NCBI RefSeq assembly: GCF_018350175.1
Contig: NC_058373.1
Coordinates: forward strand, 115,942,001 to 116,006,000
Direction: 5' to 3'
Origin: Felis catus
Lineage: Eukaryota
DNA length: 64,000 nt
How positions within the stretch are numbered: position 1 is the stretch's first letter; the number at the start of each line of letters is the position of its first letter. The notes under the pieces are model-generated. The model was given only the letters and a program-made list of their open reading frames with translations, did no database searches and was not told where the DNA came from. A program made the translations under genes and the position numbers. Below are positions 10,533 to 23,569 of this stretch, piece by piece.

Positions 10533-13129
10533 GGGAGGGAAAGGCTGCCAACTTGCATGTGAGAGAACAGCAGCTTAGGGAAGGTAAACAAGTCGCTCAA
10601 GTTCACAGTGATGAGTAGTGGAGCCCAAGCTTCCAGTACCCTTACACTCTCCCATTTTGTTCTTCTGCCTTTAATGTATTGAGCACAACAACTGAACTTT
10701 GAACTAGTATCAAAAGATGAGTATGATGGTTCCAAGAAGAGGAAAGAGAATGGGCACTTTGCTCTAAGTAGGGGAATAGCTGTAGTGGAAGGGATTTTGT
10801 TCAAAGGAGAGCAGGGATATTATGCCTTGAGCATATAATGTGATGATGCTGCAAAATGAGACTGCAAGAGATACTTGAGCCCCCTTTGTTCCAGATCTTA
10901 TTTGCTTAGGAGTTTTGATTAGATCCTAAAGGCATTGGCTAGTCAACGGAGACTTGCATTTGATAATGGGAACTCAGATGTCAATGTGGAGGGTGAATTG
11001 AATGCATACTAAGCAACAGTTTCTAACAATCCAGACAAGAGGTGATGCCAGACTGAACTAAGGCAGGAGCTATGAAAGTAATAAAGATATGGGCCTTCAA
11101 GGGGTGAAAGAAATTTGCTCTCCTCTCCGAGGCCCAGAGGTGCAAGCACTTCAACAGATAATTTGGTATGTGCAAAAATGGGAATGGTCAGCGAAGGAAT
11201 ACTGTCCTGAGTTTTTCACACATCAGTAATGTTTCCTGCTGTGGGATCTTCTTTACCAATCCAGATGGGGAATCATCATTTGTGGACTTCAGAGGAAAAG
11301 GTAATTATAAAATTCATTAGGCTTCCCAAATAAAGAAGTGTAATGTCTTCCAAGAAAATAATTAAACTACCATGGGCAAAAAGCCTCATCTGTGTAATTT
11401 AAAGCCATGTAGTGGGTCATTGTTTAGTGTCTCAAATCTAGTCTACATATAGCTCATTCATAATCATGCTCCATCTGGCCAAAATTAGTCACATTATTCT
11501 GTAAGCCAAACAAAAATACTAGTTTTGTTTTAGAGATTTCAATATTCTATCTAATGTAGTCTAATGTGTATCTGGATGATCCATTCTCCTTCTCTCAATA
11601 AATCTGAATCTTGCTAGAGTGAAAAGAAAAAAAAATAGAATCTATAGCATGTATAATAAAAAGCTCTTGTTTCAAAAGCCCAGAGCCCTTAATAGAAGGG
11701 GTTTGGGATGGAATATTCTTATACCTATTTAAAAGACAGGGAAGCCAAACAGATGTGGGCCAAGCTGCCAGGTGTTGAGGTGGTCAACTGGGATAACAAA
11801 CTAAAATGAGAATAACAAGCAAACTTCTTTATTTACTTACCGCAATGGTGCAGGCAAGAGAGAAAAGAGAAAGGCACTGGCTCACTAGTGTTCCATTTTT
11901 CCCCCAGGGAATGACACCAGGCAAGGATCAAACAGAAGCACAGATGGGGGATATCATCTAACTGGAATCCTGAACAAAAAGCTCCTGCTTTTTTATGGAC
12001 TTGTGGGGCCACAGGAAGTAAGAAGGGCGAAAGGGCTTAACGTGAAAAGATACTGAGTCAAAGTGGAGAAAACTGCCTTGGTCAAGGTCTTGATGGCAGT
12101 GCTTGAACAGTGTCTCAGCAAAAGTCCCCCATAAAGAGACCTCCATAAAGAGGTTCCTAGGCTGGGAATGCAGATATGCGTATCAGCATGGCCGGCTCAA
12201 AAGGGGCCTGAGTCCTTGACTGCCACTCCCTCCAGATGCACTGGCTATGTACCAACTCTGGTGTGAGGAGGGCAGCTTCCACCATGAGGCCTGCCAGGCA
12301 AAGCCTTGTAATTGCCTGTGCCCAAAACTGACAGATTACACACAGGATTATTGTCCTGGAGCCACACTCCCCAAGGTGAATCCAGGAGACTCCAGATCTG
12401 GTAGTCAATTGAGGTGGATTTAACTGTCCAGCATGCCAATCTGACAAAGCCATAAACTGTGAATAGAGGGCATAAAGGAAATTTTTTGGTAATGTCATTC
12501 AATTCCTAAAAGTTGGCAGTCTTGATTTTACATAACTGAGAATCCCAAAACCAAAGATTAGACCTAGGGCTTAGAGAAAGAAGACTCTGGAATTTTTCTT
12601 CTTGTCCCAACTTCACTGGTTTCCCGTTTATCTGTAAAATCCAGCTTTGAGAAGAGGAGGGGAAGGGAAAGGAGTGGTGCTCTGAAAAAAATTGACCTTC
12701 CTCAGTCCTGTGGGCACTCACTGTGTCAGTCTTCATCACAGAGAAAGTACACGTGAGCACATATTGTGTAATTTCAGAGCATTGGCAAGAGTCTCCCTAT
12801 GTGGCCTGGATGCAACTTATATCTCAGATGTCTCTTAAATTTGTTCCCTAATTTCCATTCTCACTGCCTTTCACTTTATTTTAGTTTATTGTTTATCGTA
12901 ATAGACTTCTGACTACTGTCCCTGCTTTTGGTTTATTTTTTCCCACTGGAATATCTAGTAAGCAATAAGGGACACAGAACTGAAGCCTCTTTGGAAGTTA
13001 TTTCTGTAGAGTTGGTAATTGAAACCCATGGGAATGAAGAAACTCTCCTGGACAGTGATGAAGGATTAAAAAACAACCACAAATCTCTTCCACTAATGAA
13101 TTCGGGAAAGAGCACACACCCATTTTTTT

Positions 13130-14220
13130 TCACTTATTCAATAAATAATTATTAATAATTTTTAGTATTATGCTCTTTCTATACTCTAGGGATTAAGAAA
13201 ATAATTGAAAGGCAATAGGGTGGAGTTTTCAGCAAAGGCTTCATATAGGAGATAATGTTTGAGTTGACATGAAAGATGAAATAGGGGGCGGTTTAGTTGG
13301 TTACGTGTCTGACTCTTGATTTCAGCTCAGGCCAGGAGATCAGGTTGTGAGATCAAGCCCCGCCTAGGGCTCTGTGCTGGGTGTGGAGCTTGCTTGGAGT
13401 TCTCTCTCTCCCTTTCCCTCTGCCCCTCCCCTACTAGCACTAGCTCTCTCTCTTTCTCAAAAAAAAAAAAAAAAAAAAAAAGAAAAGAAAAAAGAAAAAA
13501 GAAATGGGGTGGGAAGAGGAGGAAAGAGGGGAGAAGTTAGGAGAAACAGAAAAATGTGGACATGAAGCATCCTCGCCTTTTCAAAGTTTTGCAAACATTT
13601 CCCTATGTCTGAATATTGGGAGTTAGGTGGATAATGAGTGAGATGAATAAATGTAAGATACAGCAAGAGGCAAATTTTACCCCGATAACTGGTGGGCTTA
13701 TATTCCATAAGTAATTTGGGCTTCATTCTGTAAGCAATGGGGGAACCACTGGAGAATTTTTTATTTAGAGTAATAAAAAGGTCAGATTTTGTTTTAGAAA
13801 GCCCAGTCTGGCAATTATATGAAAAATAGGGTGAAGGATATAGTGACTGGAGACATTTCTGCCTATAGTCTAAGTGAAAGAATATGGCCCTGAATAGGGA
13901 AAATAGCAATGGAATTGAGAGGAAGGAATGGGTGTGATGGGCATCAAAAAAGTATAATTTAAAGGACTTAGTGACTGGATGGCTGTGTGAGTGGGAACTC
14001 CAAGGTGACTAACAGTTATTTGACTTGGGTGAATGGGTGAATATCATTCCTTTCTCCTTTGGGTCATTAAAATAACCTCCATATTGATCTTCAGTCTTTA
14101 CTCTTTCCACTTTATTCTTCACATTCCCATCAGAGTGATATTTCTAAAATACAATTATATATATATCCTATCACTTAAATTTTCTAGTCGCTACCTACGA
14201 GTCTGCAAAAGAAAATCTGT
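13130..14220. mobile_element. Degraded LINE-2 fragments
   Basis: ttattcaataaataatt...ggcttcattctgtaagcaatgggggaaccactggagaatttt...gtcagattttgttttagaaag. Confidence 0.55.
13284..13503 (+). mobile_element. CanSINE with a 5' deletion and long A-rich tail
   Basis: gactcttgatttcagctcagg body, (CT)n, poly(A). Confidence 0.85.
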
Positions 14221-15042
14221 GCGACTTACTTTGGGTTTCTTGGCAGTTAGAGAACAGAACAGCCTCACTAAAAACACCTGTTTTTTATATCATACGTTAT
14301 AAGGACATAACACTTTACAGTGATTCCAAGGATACCTTGGAAAGCGGTTCCCAAACCCATATGTATTTTGATTACTCTCTGGAAGACTATGACAGATGGC
14401 TAAAATCCTGAGCCCCCATATTCTTGACAAGTTGTCTTCTACTGTCATAAAGTCTCAAACACACCAAAAAAAAAAATTGCTTTTTATTACCAACTATAGA
14501 TTTGGCCCCAAACCCCAATGTATGATCCTGGAGAACTTGAATGGATCACATGAACACCACCTATATTAGGCAGCTCTCAAAAATCTAAATGAAACACAGA
14601 TGAAGGGGCTTCCTTGGCTTCTTACTCCTAGACCTATTCTCTAATCATTACTCTCAAATATTTGTCATCTCAGAGACAAAAAACAACTAAAGGTGACTCA
14701 AGGGAACAGAAGCCTCTCCCTGCCCCTAAATTGCTAAAATATGAGCTAGAGACTTTACACTGGCAGCTGCTAGGCCAAATTCCACTTATAAACATCTTTT
14801 GCTGGCCAGAACAGTAACACCCTGCAAAATGGTTTAAAACAAATAAAATCTGTATTCCTTCCCTGCCATCAAAATGTGAAAAATCAATTTGCAGTGGGGA
14901 TGCCCTGTACGTTTTGGCGTTCACCAGTCAGCTGGAGCTAGAACAGTATTCCTCTTTAGATGGGGTAGTTGGCTTCCAATTCATCCCCTCTGGCCCAGTT
15001 CCCTGATATGGGTTGGGCCAAATGCTTCTCCATCATTAATAT

Positions 15043-15155
15043 GCATGCAAATCACCTGGGAAATGTTAAAATTCAGATATTGATTTGGTAGTTCTGGGGT
15101 GAGGCCCAAGATTTGTTCTCAGGTAATGCTAACACTGCTGGACCAGGAACCAGCT
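15043..15155. mobile_element. MER5-family fragment
   Basis: aatcacctgggaaatgttaaaa...ctggggtgaggcccaaga...caggtaatgctaacactgctggacc. Confidence 0.6.
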
Positions 15156-17299
15156 TGTCACTTTGGTGACAAGGAATTAGGTAGGTGGCATGATATTTAA
15201 GTGCTTTTCTTTGGAGCTAACAGTCTGGTTTTGGATTCTAGTTCAGTCACTTGCTAGTTGAGCCACCCCGAGGGTAGTTCCTGCATTAAGTGTGCCTTGG
15301 CTTCCTCATTTACAAAACAATGCTAATAATAGTCCTTAACTCAAAGGAGTTTAGAAAAGATTAAGTGAATCACTGTATATGACAGGCCTCAAAAGAGTAT
15401 GTGGCACACAATAAGAAATCAATCAATGTTAATTATTATTATTCATTTCTGAAGTCATAAAGGAATAACTAAAATTATGGAATGGTTCCCTGAAATTATG
15501 AAATGGTCTTTCAGTGACCTCAGGATGAATTCCAGACTCCCTGACATGAATTACAATGCCCTTTCGTGACCTGGCCCCTATTTTCTTCTCTAAATTCATC
15601 TCTCTACCTTTTGTCTCTAGCAATGCATTTTAACCTTTCTCATCTTGATCTCTCTGCCCTTGGAGTTCTCTTTGCCTAGAATACCCTTCCCTTTCTTTAC
15701 CCAGACAACTCCTAAAAGCCCTTCAAAATTTAGTTGAAGCAACTCAAGTTAGTTGAGTTGGAATTCTTCCCGGACCCTTCCCATTACCACAGTGAGTTAG
15801 GTAGCTTTCTTACTTGTCCCCATAGCGTTCAGAGCCCATCTCTGCCACAACACTTACCACATCATATTATAATAGTCAAATTGTCTTCTTCTTTGGGGAA
15901 ACTCCTATGGTCGTAAGCTTTCAACAAATGATCAAATATATTCTTGGTGCTATTGTAGATCTCTATTGGCCCAAATCCTTTTATGAGACCTCTTCTTTTA
16001 TGAGTCACAGATCTTTGACCTTTAAGAATCCAGACAGGTTACAGCCCCACACCCCCTCCCAGGGATACACACATACTCACCACTGCCATTACCCCACCAA
16101 GTAACTGGTAACATAATAGCCCTGTGTGTAATACACAGACATGACAGTAATTAATTCTTGCATTTTCAGATTCAAGAATATGGCTGATGTGGGGCTCAAT
16201 CATCAGCTAAGCTACTAACCCAGAACAGTGATTTTAAATCTAGATTCAGCAGACTCCATTCAAATTCATGCTAGGTGCTTTGCATAATTCAATTAACCTT
16301 CTTAACTCACTTTCTGGCCTGCAAGACCTCTTACAATCTACCTCCAGTTGGCCTCTCCAACCAAGTCTCACTGCCCTCAATGTGCTCCACTAGCCTGCTT
16401 TTAGTTCCTGAGATACCCAGCTGCCCTCTGCGGGATCTTCATAGCAGCTGGCTCCTTGGCCTGAGATGCACACCCACCCCGCCGACTACTCCCACGCACG
16501 TATGGACTCCAGACCATCTCTGCCTTCTTTTCATTTCCAGAATGCAAGCTCCTTGAGGCCTGGACTTGGTTTTTTGTTTTTGTTTTTGTTTTTTCCACCA
16601 AGAGTTGTGTCTGGCCCACAGGAACAGCTCAATAGATATGCGTTGAATGCTGAATGAATTAACACTTCCTATCAGGTCACTGCGTAACTGTGACCCCCAT
16701 CTAAGGGCAGCATCCCTCCCCCTTTAATTCTAGATGATCTCCCCGCTGGATGTGTTTGCTTGTTTGTTTTTATGGTATCTGTCACTGGTTAAAAATATTT
16801 TCATTTGTTCGATCACTTTTTTCTTCCCCCCCGTGTTATCTCCAACAGACTCTAAGTTCCGAGGGAAGAAGTGATACTAATTTTGTTCAGTGTCTGGCAC
16901 CTAGTACTTAGTTGATAAATATTTTCTCTCTAGAGTTGTTCAGTGAAAATTAACTGGCCAAAGAAGAATGATGACACTATTATTCCATTTTATTTATCTG
17001 ACATATAAAAGTTTCAAGGGCCCTTTGTAGCTGTAAGAAAGAAAGAAACCATTAGTATCAACTATAGAAAGTCAGGATAGGAAAAAGCCTAAGATGTCAT
17101 GAGGGCCATTTTCCTTGCTCTGCAGATAAGTAAATTAGGGCACAGGAAAGGGAAGGATTGTACACCTAGTTAGGAGCAGAACTGGAAATAAAACCCAGGA
17201 TTTCTAACTCTGCATGATTCATCCATCAGCGGGGAAAAATTTAAGCCCCTACCCTGTGTACTTTGACTTATGTGCTCAAAGAGAAGCTAGGCTTTATGC

Positions 17300-17530
17300 G
17301 CTGGTTCTTAGCGCTGGTTGCAAACTGCAATCACCTGGAGAGCTTTAAAAAGTACTGATGGCTGAGACCCAACCCCAGAGATTCTCGTGTAATTAGGTTA
17401 AAGATTCTGATGCCCAGTCTACAACCCCAATCAATTAAATCAGAATCTCTGGGGATGGAGCCCTAGGCGTCACCATTTTTAAAGCTCCCCAGATGATTCC
17501 AACATACAGCCAGGCTTGAGAAGTACACTT
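17300..17530. mobile_element. MER5-family elements
   Basis: aatcacctggagagctttaaaaa...aattaaatcagaatctctgggg...aagctccccagatgattcc...cttgagaagtac. Confidence 0.75.
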
Positions 17531-18049
17531 TAAGAAGAAGAAAGAAATGGACTTACGTTGATTCATTTGAGAATGGAACTCAGGACCCCTGGCTAACATC
17601 AGTCTAATTCTTTAACCAGATTTTCTTCCCTAATTATCAATCCCTGGAAAAGACTTTCGTAAAGAGCCGTCGCCAACTTGTCAGAATAGAGCCAACTGTC
17701 CTGGAATGTCTGGATCAATTAATCTTGTAAATAGGGACTTTTGAGATGATTTTCATAGTCAAGTTTACAATAATCCAAGGTAGACAGGAGGCAGGGTTGA
17801 TTTCTTCATGATAGTCTCTGCCCGGAAGGAACCTCCAATGGTTAAAAGGAACAAAACATATAAACTTATAGGAAGCAAATAGCTGCTAAGTAAAATATCA
17901 TCTTATAAAAGGGAGACCCACTGGTATTTTAACACTTATTCATATAAGGGATAGGAATAGTTTTAAAACCTCAGATTACATTTATTTCAAAGGAATTTAA
18001 AACACTTAATAGACTACCACCTTTTTCATGGAAATTCATTATGTTATCC

Positions 18050-18082
18050 CACTTGATCTTAGCCAAAAGGCCGAGAAGTGAT
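18050..18082 (-). pseudogene. 3'-truncated U2 snRNA retropseudogene (first 33 nt)
   Basis: The reverse complement ATCACTTCTCGGCCTTTTGGCTAAGATCAAGTG equals the U2 5' end with one CpG-type change. It is flanked by the direct repeat tcat(t/a)atgttatcc at 18036-18049 and 18083-18096. Confidence 0.92.
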
Positions 18083-18677
18083 TCATAATGTTATCCCAAA
18101 CTGTTTCCAGGATCTGGGAGTTTTGACTGCTAGATCTGATCACTCTGGTGACATCTCTGGTGCCCCGCTGTGAAAGCAGGCAGGACCCCTGAAGCTATTC
18201 GGTAGGTCCATTCAAAGGCAGATGCAGGTAAAAGACGAGCCCGGATTGCTACTTTTTAGGATCAGATTTTTCCATTTACAAAGTAGTATTTGGTCTTAGT
18301 CAGGAAAACTGCATTCACTTCTATTATGCTTGTGAAGAGTTCACTTGTAGCCAGTTTCTGGAGGTGGTGGTAGTAATTAAGCCAATTACACAAAGACCTC
18401 GTTTTGATAATCGTTTATTGTCAACAAATGACTCACAGTTTTGGTATCTGCAGCTGGTTAGGAAAATTCTGTGGAGACACTGTCACCTTGGCTCACTCCT
18501 TCTCAGTGTGGGCAATGGAAACTGGTTCTTAGCAGGGGTGTAAAAAAAAAAAAAATCTTAACTGCTTTATGTATAAAGCACAGATATACATGCAGCCCAT
18601 AAACAAGTATATCGTATATCAGCCTTATTAAAATTTCATAGGGACCACAGATTATATGATTCCTTTCATTTATTATT

Positions 18678-18729
18678 CTTTTTATTTTTGAGAGACAGCA
18701 CACATGTGTGCATGAGCAGGGGAGGGGCA

Positions 18730-18769
<40 letters not shown>

Positions 18770-18891
18770 CATAAGCAGGCTTCACACTCAGTGTGGAGCC
18801 CGACACGGGGCTCAATCCCAGAGCCCTGGGATCATGACCTCAGCCAAAATCAAGAGTTGGACCCTCAACCAACTGAGCCACCCAGGCACCC
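18678..18891 (-). mobile_element. CanSINE
   Basis: (GA)n and ctgagccacccaggcaccc end. Confidence 0.9.
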
Positions 18892-18894
18892 ATA

Positions 18895-19169
18895 CAGGAT
18901 TCCTTTTATATGAAGTGTCCAGAAAGGTAGATCTGTAGAATTAGAAAGTGGATTAGTGATTGTATAGGACTGGGGGAAATGAGGATGAGGCGCTGAAGGT
19001 GATAACTAATAGGAACAGGGTTTATTTTGGGGTTGATGAAAGGTTCTAAAATTGACTGAGGTGATGGTTGCACAACTCTGAATATACTAAAAGCCATTGA
19101 TTTGTGTACTCTGAGTGGGTAAATTGTATGGTATGTGAATCATATCTCAATGAGGTTGTTAAAAAAAAA
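18895..19169 (+). mobile_element. L1MB-type 3' end
   Basis: gttgatgaaaggttctaaaattga...gatggttgcacaactctgaatatactaaaagccattga...tctcaat followed by an A tail. Confidence 0.75.
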
Positions 19170-19256
19170 CCACTTCCCTCCTTTAAAATAAATCATTGGG
19201 GGTGGGGGTGACTAGGAAAAAATGTTCAAAAAATGCTCCTTAAGGGGGCAATAATG

Positions 19257-19259
<3 letters not shown>

Positions 19260-19302
<43 letters not shown>
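19260..19302. repeat. (GA)n microsatellite
   Basis: About 21 perfect units. Confidence 0.95.
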
Positions 19303-19305
<3 letters not shown>

Positions 19306-19664
19306 TGCCTTGGACCAAAACACCAAGGAATTTCATTTTCAGTCTCTGCATTCCTAGCCTAAACATCTGCCCTGACAGATAGTCCCCACTTAGCTGAGCA
19401 GTGCCTTGCCTCCTGGATCCTACACAAGCCAGGTAGTATCCCACACCTCTACCAATGGGTGGAGTCTGGAATTAACTCTGCTGCTCAGAGCCCAGAGTCT
19501 CTACTACTAGTTGGGCTGAGAAAAGGCATTGGGGGAGGTATGTCTTAGGGGAATCAGGAATCATGGCTGCCTTACAGGAATCATATTAGGAACTGTCTCC
19601 TAAGACCTGGGTAGCTTAAGACCACGAGAGGCTCCCTGAGCACTTAGATGTTGAACTCAGGTTC

Positions 19665-19925
19665 AGTCCTCTGGGATACCAACTCTGGGGTGGTTAGAAA
19701 ACATGGTTTTTGTTAAGGGGTACTCTCAGAATCAACTCTTGTGGAAAAGAGGGGAAGGAAGCAGGAGTCAACTGAGGGAAAAGTTGAGCTATGACACAGC
19801 TCTGGCAATGGGCTCAGCCTTCAACAGCTCTGAAGTTGAGTTAGCCCTTCAGAGTTGTCCCAATAGCTGAGCATGAGCCCTTTATTCCTGAAGGGATATC
19901 TGGGTGGCACATCACAGCATTCACC
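19665..19925 (-). mobile_element. LTR16-like ERVL LTR fragment
   Basis: ggaaggaagcaggag...gagggaaaagttgagctatgac...gcccttcagagttgtccc...ctgggtggcacatcacagc. Confidence 0.6.
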
Positions 19926-20414
19926 CCCTCCCCCCCTCAACATTTCATAAGGGTCAGAAGAATGCCTGTAGAAAGCTCATGAGGTAACCTGGTCGCTGTG
20001 ACTAAAGCAGACTACAGAAAATGACCTCCCAGATGAATGCATTCTTTTGGTCACAGAATCATAGAGAATGACTTCGTATAGTATTATAATGAGTATGCAG
20101 TTAACACTAGCTAATATCACAAACTTCTGTTGATATTATGATGACATAGATGAACCAACAGTCACCAAAGAAGCTTCATCTGTCAATGTAAGGATATTTA
20201 GTAAATGCTGTCAATAATGTGCATGTCAGTACCATGCATCAACGTGTTGTTTTATCTGACATGTGGTATCAGGTATGTTACACTATTTCCTTAAGGCAGA
20301 TTGCCACATAATATAAAACACTATATAAATATGTTTAGTTTTTTCACACATATTGAAGAATGTACTCGTCAAGATTTCACATGTTCTGTCAGATATAGTT
20401 TTGGGAAACCCTGC

Positions 20415-20651
20415 TTTTTTTTTTTTAATTTTTAATGTTTATTTATTTTTGAGAGAGAGAGACAGAGCACAAGGATGTGTGGGTGGGTGGGGGCCGGGGG
20501 GCAGAGAGAGAGGGAGACACAGAATCCTAAGCAGGCTGCAGGCTTTGAGCTGTCAGCACAGAGCCTGATGAGGGGCTTAAAACTCACGAACTGTGGGATC
20601 ATGACCTGAGCTGAAGTCAGACACTTAACCGGCTGAGCCACCCAGGTGCCT
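20415..20651 (-). mobile_element. CanSINE
   Basis: Flanked by gaaaccctgct direct repeats. Confidence 0.9.
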
Positions 20652-21404
20652 CAGAAACCCTGCTCTTATCAAAGCTACTCCCATCCCTAAGCCTTCCATG
20701 CTGTGTTCCTACTACATCTTTCTGGCTGCTATTGCTCTTCTAAAGAACCCTATATTTAGAAGGCATGAAGAACCCAGACTGTTCACAGAAGGGCTTTGGA
20801 GAGACTGTGAATTCCCTAGAATTGAATGAGAAGTGTGTGCATCATTGTCTATGTACATTTTTCTAGGACAGGGGTGTATAACTCTCATAAAATTCCCAAA
20901 GGGGTCCATTCCTTTGGGTTTATTAATCATTTCATCTTCAGTGATGCTCTTTTTACTGTTTTCTTACATTCACTGTGTATTTTTATATTCCATCGGGTGT
21001 TATGAAAAAGATGAATTCCCACATTTCTTCAGTGCTTCCACTCAGGTTCCTCTTTTAACACACTCTGGGGTTCCTCCTTAAAAAAAAATCTCCAACTTCT
21101 TATGTGTCTTTTTTGAACAGATACCTCTTAACTGATGACATACATACATTAATATTCACCCCCTGATAGTGGATATAGTCCAAGTAGTTTCAGTTCTAAT
21201 ATATCCAAGAAGCTCCCTACAGTGGTTCACATGGCTGCCCAAGATGAGAGCATGTTCAGGGAGTTCCTTTCCTTGCCTCTATTTCCACATATACTCCTTT
21301 GTCTTGGTCTGAAGAGAAAGCCACTGAGCCTGTTAAATCATACAAGCAAAGAAAAAAGAAAAAAAAAATTGCCATTGAATGTTTGTCTTTTAGCTACCAC
21401 TTAT

Positions 21405-21630
21405 TAGCACTTAACTATCAAGCACTGGGCTAAGTGCTATATAAATAATCTCACTTAAGTCTCATAACAAGTCTATAAGGTGGATGTTACTGTAATTCTC
21501 ATTTTACAGAGGAGGAGACTGACGCTTGTCAAGGGTAGAGTGCTCCAAGTCACACAGATAATGAGTAGTAGAGCCACAGTTGACTCCCAAGTTGATTAAC
21601 TCCAGGGCTCACACTCTTCACCACTAACCT
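21405..21630 (-). mobile_element. MIR (representative; similar MIR remnants near 9880, 15220, 25530, 33850, 39040, 51050, 51900, 58085, 60290, 62480)
   Basis: MIR core ctcattttacagaggaggagactgac...caagtcacacag. The other copies show tgtgaccttgggcaa or ctcagtttcccc cores. Confidence 0.7.
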
Positions 21631-21659
21631 TGACTACCCCAGAACCATGCAAGGCTGGC

Positions 21660-22395
21660 TTTTTAACTTTTTTATTGGAGGGGAGGAATATATATATACG
21701 TGTATATATATGTATACGTGTGTGTGTGTGTGTGTGTGTGTACTATAAAAAAAGTTACAAGGCTTAATTAATGATTACAAAATGAATGCCATTTAACCAC
21801 CACCTGGGTCAAGATATAGAACATGGCTGCCCTGTGTCTCTTCTTATCTCAACTTCCTCCCTTCTCGCTGAAGGTAATCACAATATTGACTTTTATGATA
21901 ATGGCTTCCTTGCTTTTTAAAATATTTTTACCAACTAACAATGCATTCCTAAACACAATTGATTAGGTCTGCCCTCTTTTTGGGGGGGGGAGGGTGGTGT
22001 ATAAATGAGATCATACAATTTCTCTTTTGCTATCTTGAGTTTTCCATTTGCTCAACTTTATGTTTTAGAATGACCTAAATGCTTATGGCTGTAGCTTGTT
22101 CGTTTTTGTTGCTGAATAGTGTTCAGTTGTGTTCATGTGTCACAATTTATTCTTTCTGCTGCTGGTAAACATTTGGATTGTTTTCATTTTGAGGCTATTT
22201 GGAATAATGCTGCTATAAGCACTCTTGAACCTGTGTCCTGGTGTGCATGTGTACACATTCTTCTAGGCTATAAACCTCAACGTGGGATTTCTGAGTCATG
22301 AGCTATACATGTATTCAACTTTAGAAGAAAATACCAAATTATTATCAAAGTGACTTACTCCATGCTCCCAACTGCAGTGTATGAGATTTCCCATT
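21660..22395 (-). mobile_element. L1ME-type 3' region (antisense)
   Basis: aaacatttggattgttttcattttgaggctatt...aataatgctgctataagcactcttg...ctcccaactgcagtgtatgagatttccc. Confidence 0.7.
21688..21742. repeat. (TA)/(TG)n microsatellite
   Basis: Read directly from the sequence. Confidence 0.9.
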
Positions 22396-22986
22396 GCTTC
22401 ATGATAACGTGTGTTTAAAAGATAGGCTACAGCTTTGTTCCTTGCCTTTTATGGGGAAGAATCTCAAGTCTAAACACTGCCACTCTATCTCCCACAGGTA
22501 CACCAGGGCTGCTTTGGTTAGTGAATTTCCATTTTCCAGCCACATTTCCTTTTTCCACTTATATCCTGTCTTTTGGAAAACACCTCTGAATTATTATCAG
22601 AAATGAATTCAGCAGAGCTCACAGAAAGGAACAGGAAAAAAAGACCGATAATGGAAATTCCCTATGAAGATATTCTCTGTGTAGCTACGCTACACAAATG
22701 TCCCAGACATAGGAATGATTTTCCATTTTTCAGGTTATAACACATACAGCCCACATGCTGACCAAACACACAGGTTTAACCAAGTGTTTCCTGTAGATGC
22801 TGCACTACGATTAGTAATGAGGGGGTGGCAGGTTTAGTTTGTCAGAGGATTGAGTCAGACTGGAGAAAGAAAGCTCTGGAAAGGATTTTTGTCTGATGTT
22901 CAGAACAGAGTCCAGCACATAGTAGGTGGTCAATGAATATTTGTTGGTTGTTTAATGTGAGCTGAGTGTGTCAAACGTCATTTCTA

Positions 22987-23205
22987 TTTTTTTTAATGTT
23001 TATGTATTTATTTTTGAGAGGGAGAGAGAGAGAGCAAAAGTGGGAGAGGGGCAGAGAGAGAGAGAGAGGGAGATACAGAATGAAGCAGGCTCCAGGCTCT
23101 GAGCCGTCAGCACAGAGCCCGATGTGGGGCTCGAACCCATGAACCATGAGATCATGACCTGAGCTGAAGTTGGACACTCAACAGATGGAGCCACCCAGGT
23201 GCCCC
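22987..23205 (-). mobile_element. CanSINE
   Basis: TSD tcaaac(g/a)tcatttcta. Confidence 0.92.
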
Positions 23206-23569
23206 TCAAACATCATTTCTAAATATTTCAGGGAGAAGCCCAGTGACTTTATGGGTTCTTGAATCTGTAAGAGATGGAAACTTTTGACAGCCCAAGCTGT
23301 TACTATAGTCAGCATTTCACCACTCCTGAATTAAGCACTTTTCTCCCTCCCTCTTCCCTCTAGGCTACACGCACTGGACTGAGCATGTGATGGGATGAAA
23401 AGTGCCAGTGATGAACTTGCTGAAGACTCAGATCAAGAGAGAACTTCAGGATCTTTCAAGTTCCAATTACATGTGGATATCACCAAATATAGCTGATTTT
23501 ACCTTAAGAGGGCTGCCACATGACAAAAGGATATTTTTTGTGTTATTATTCGTAATTTATTTGAAAATA

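Noticed and set aside
11720..12500. Possible LTR-like segment
   Set aside because: The composition is suggestive, but I could not identify termini, a TSD or a family.
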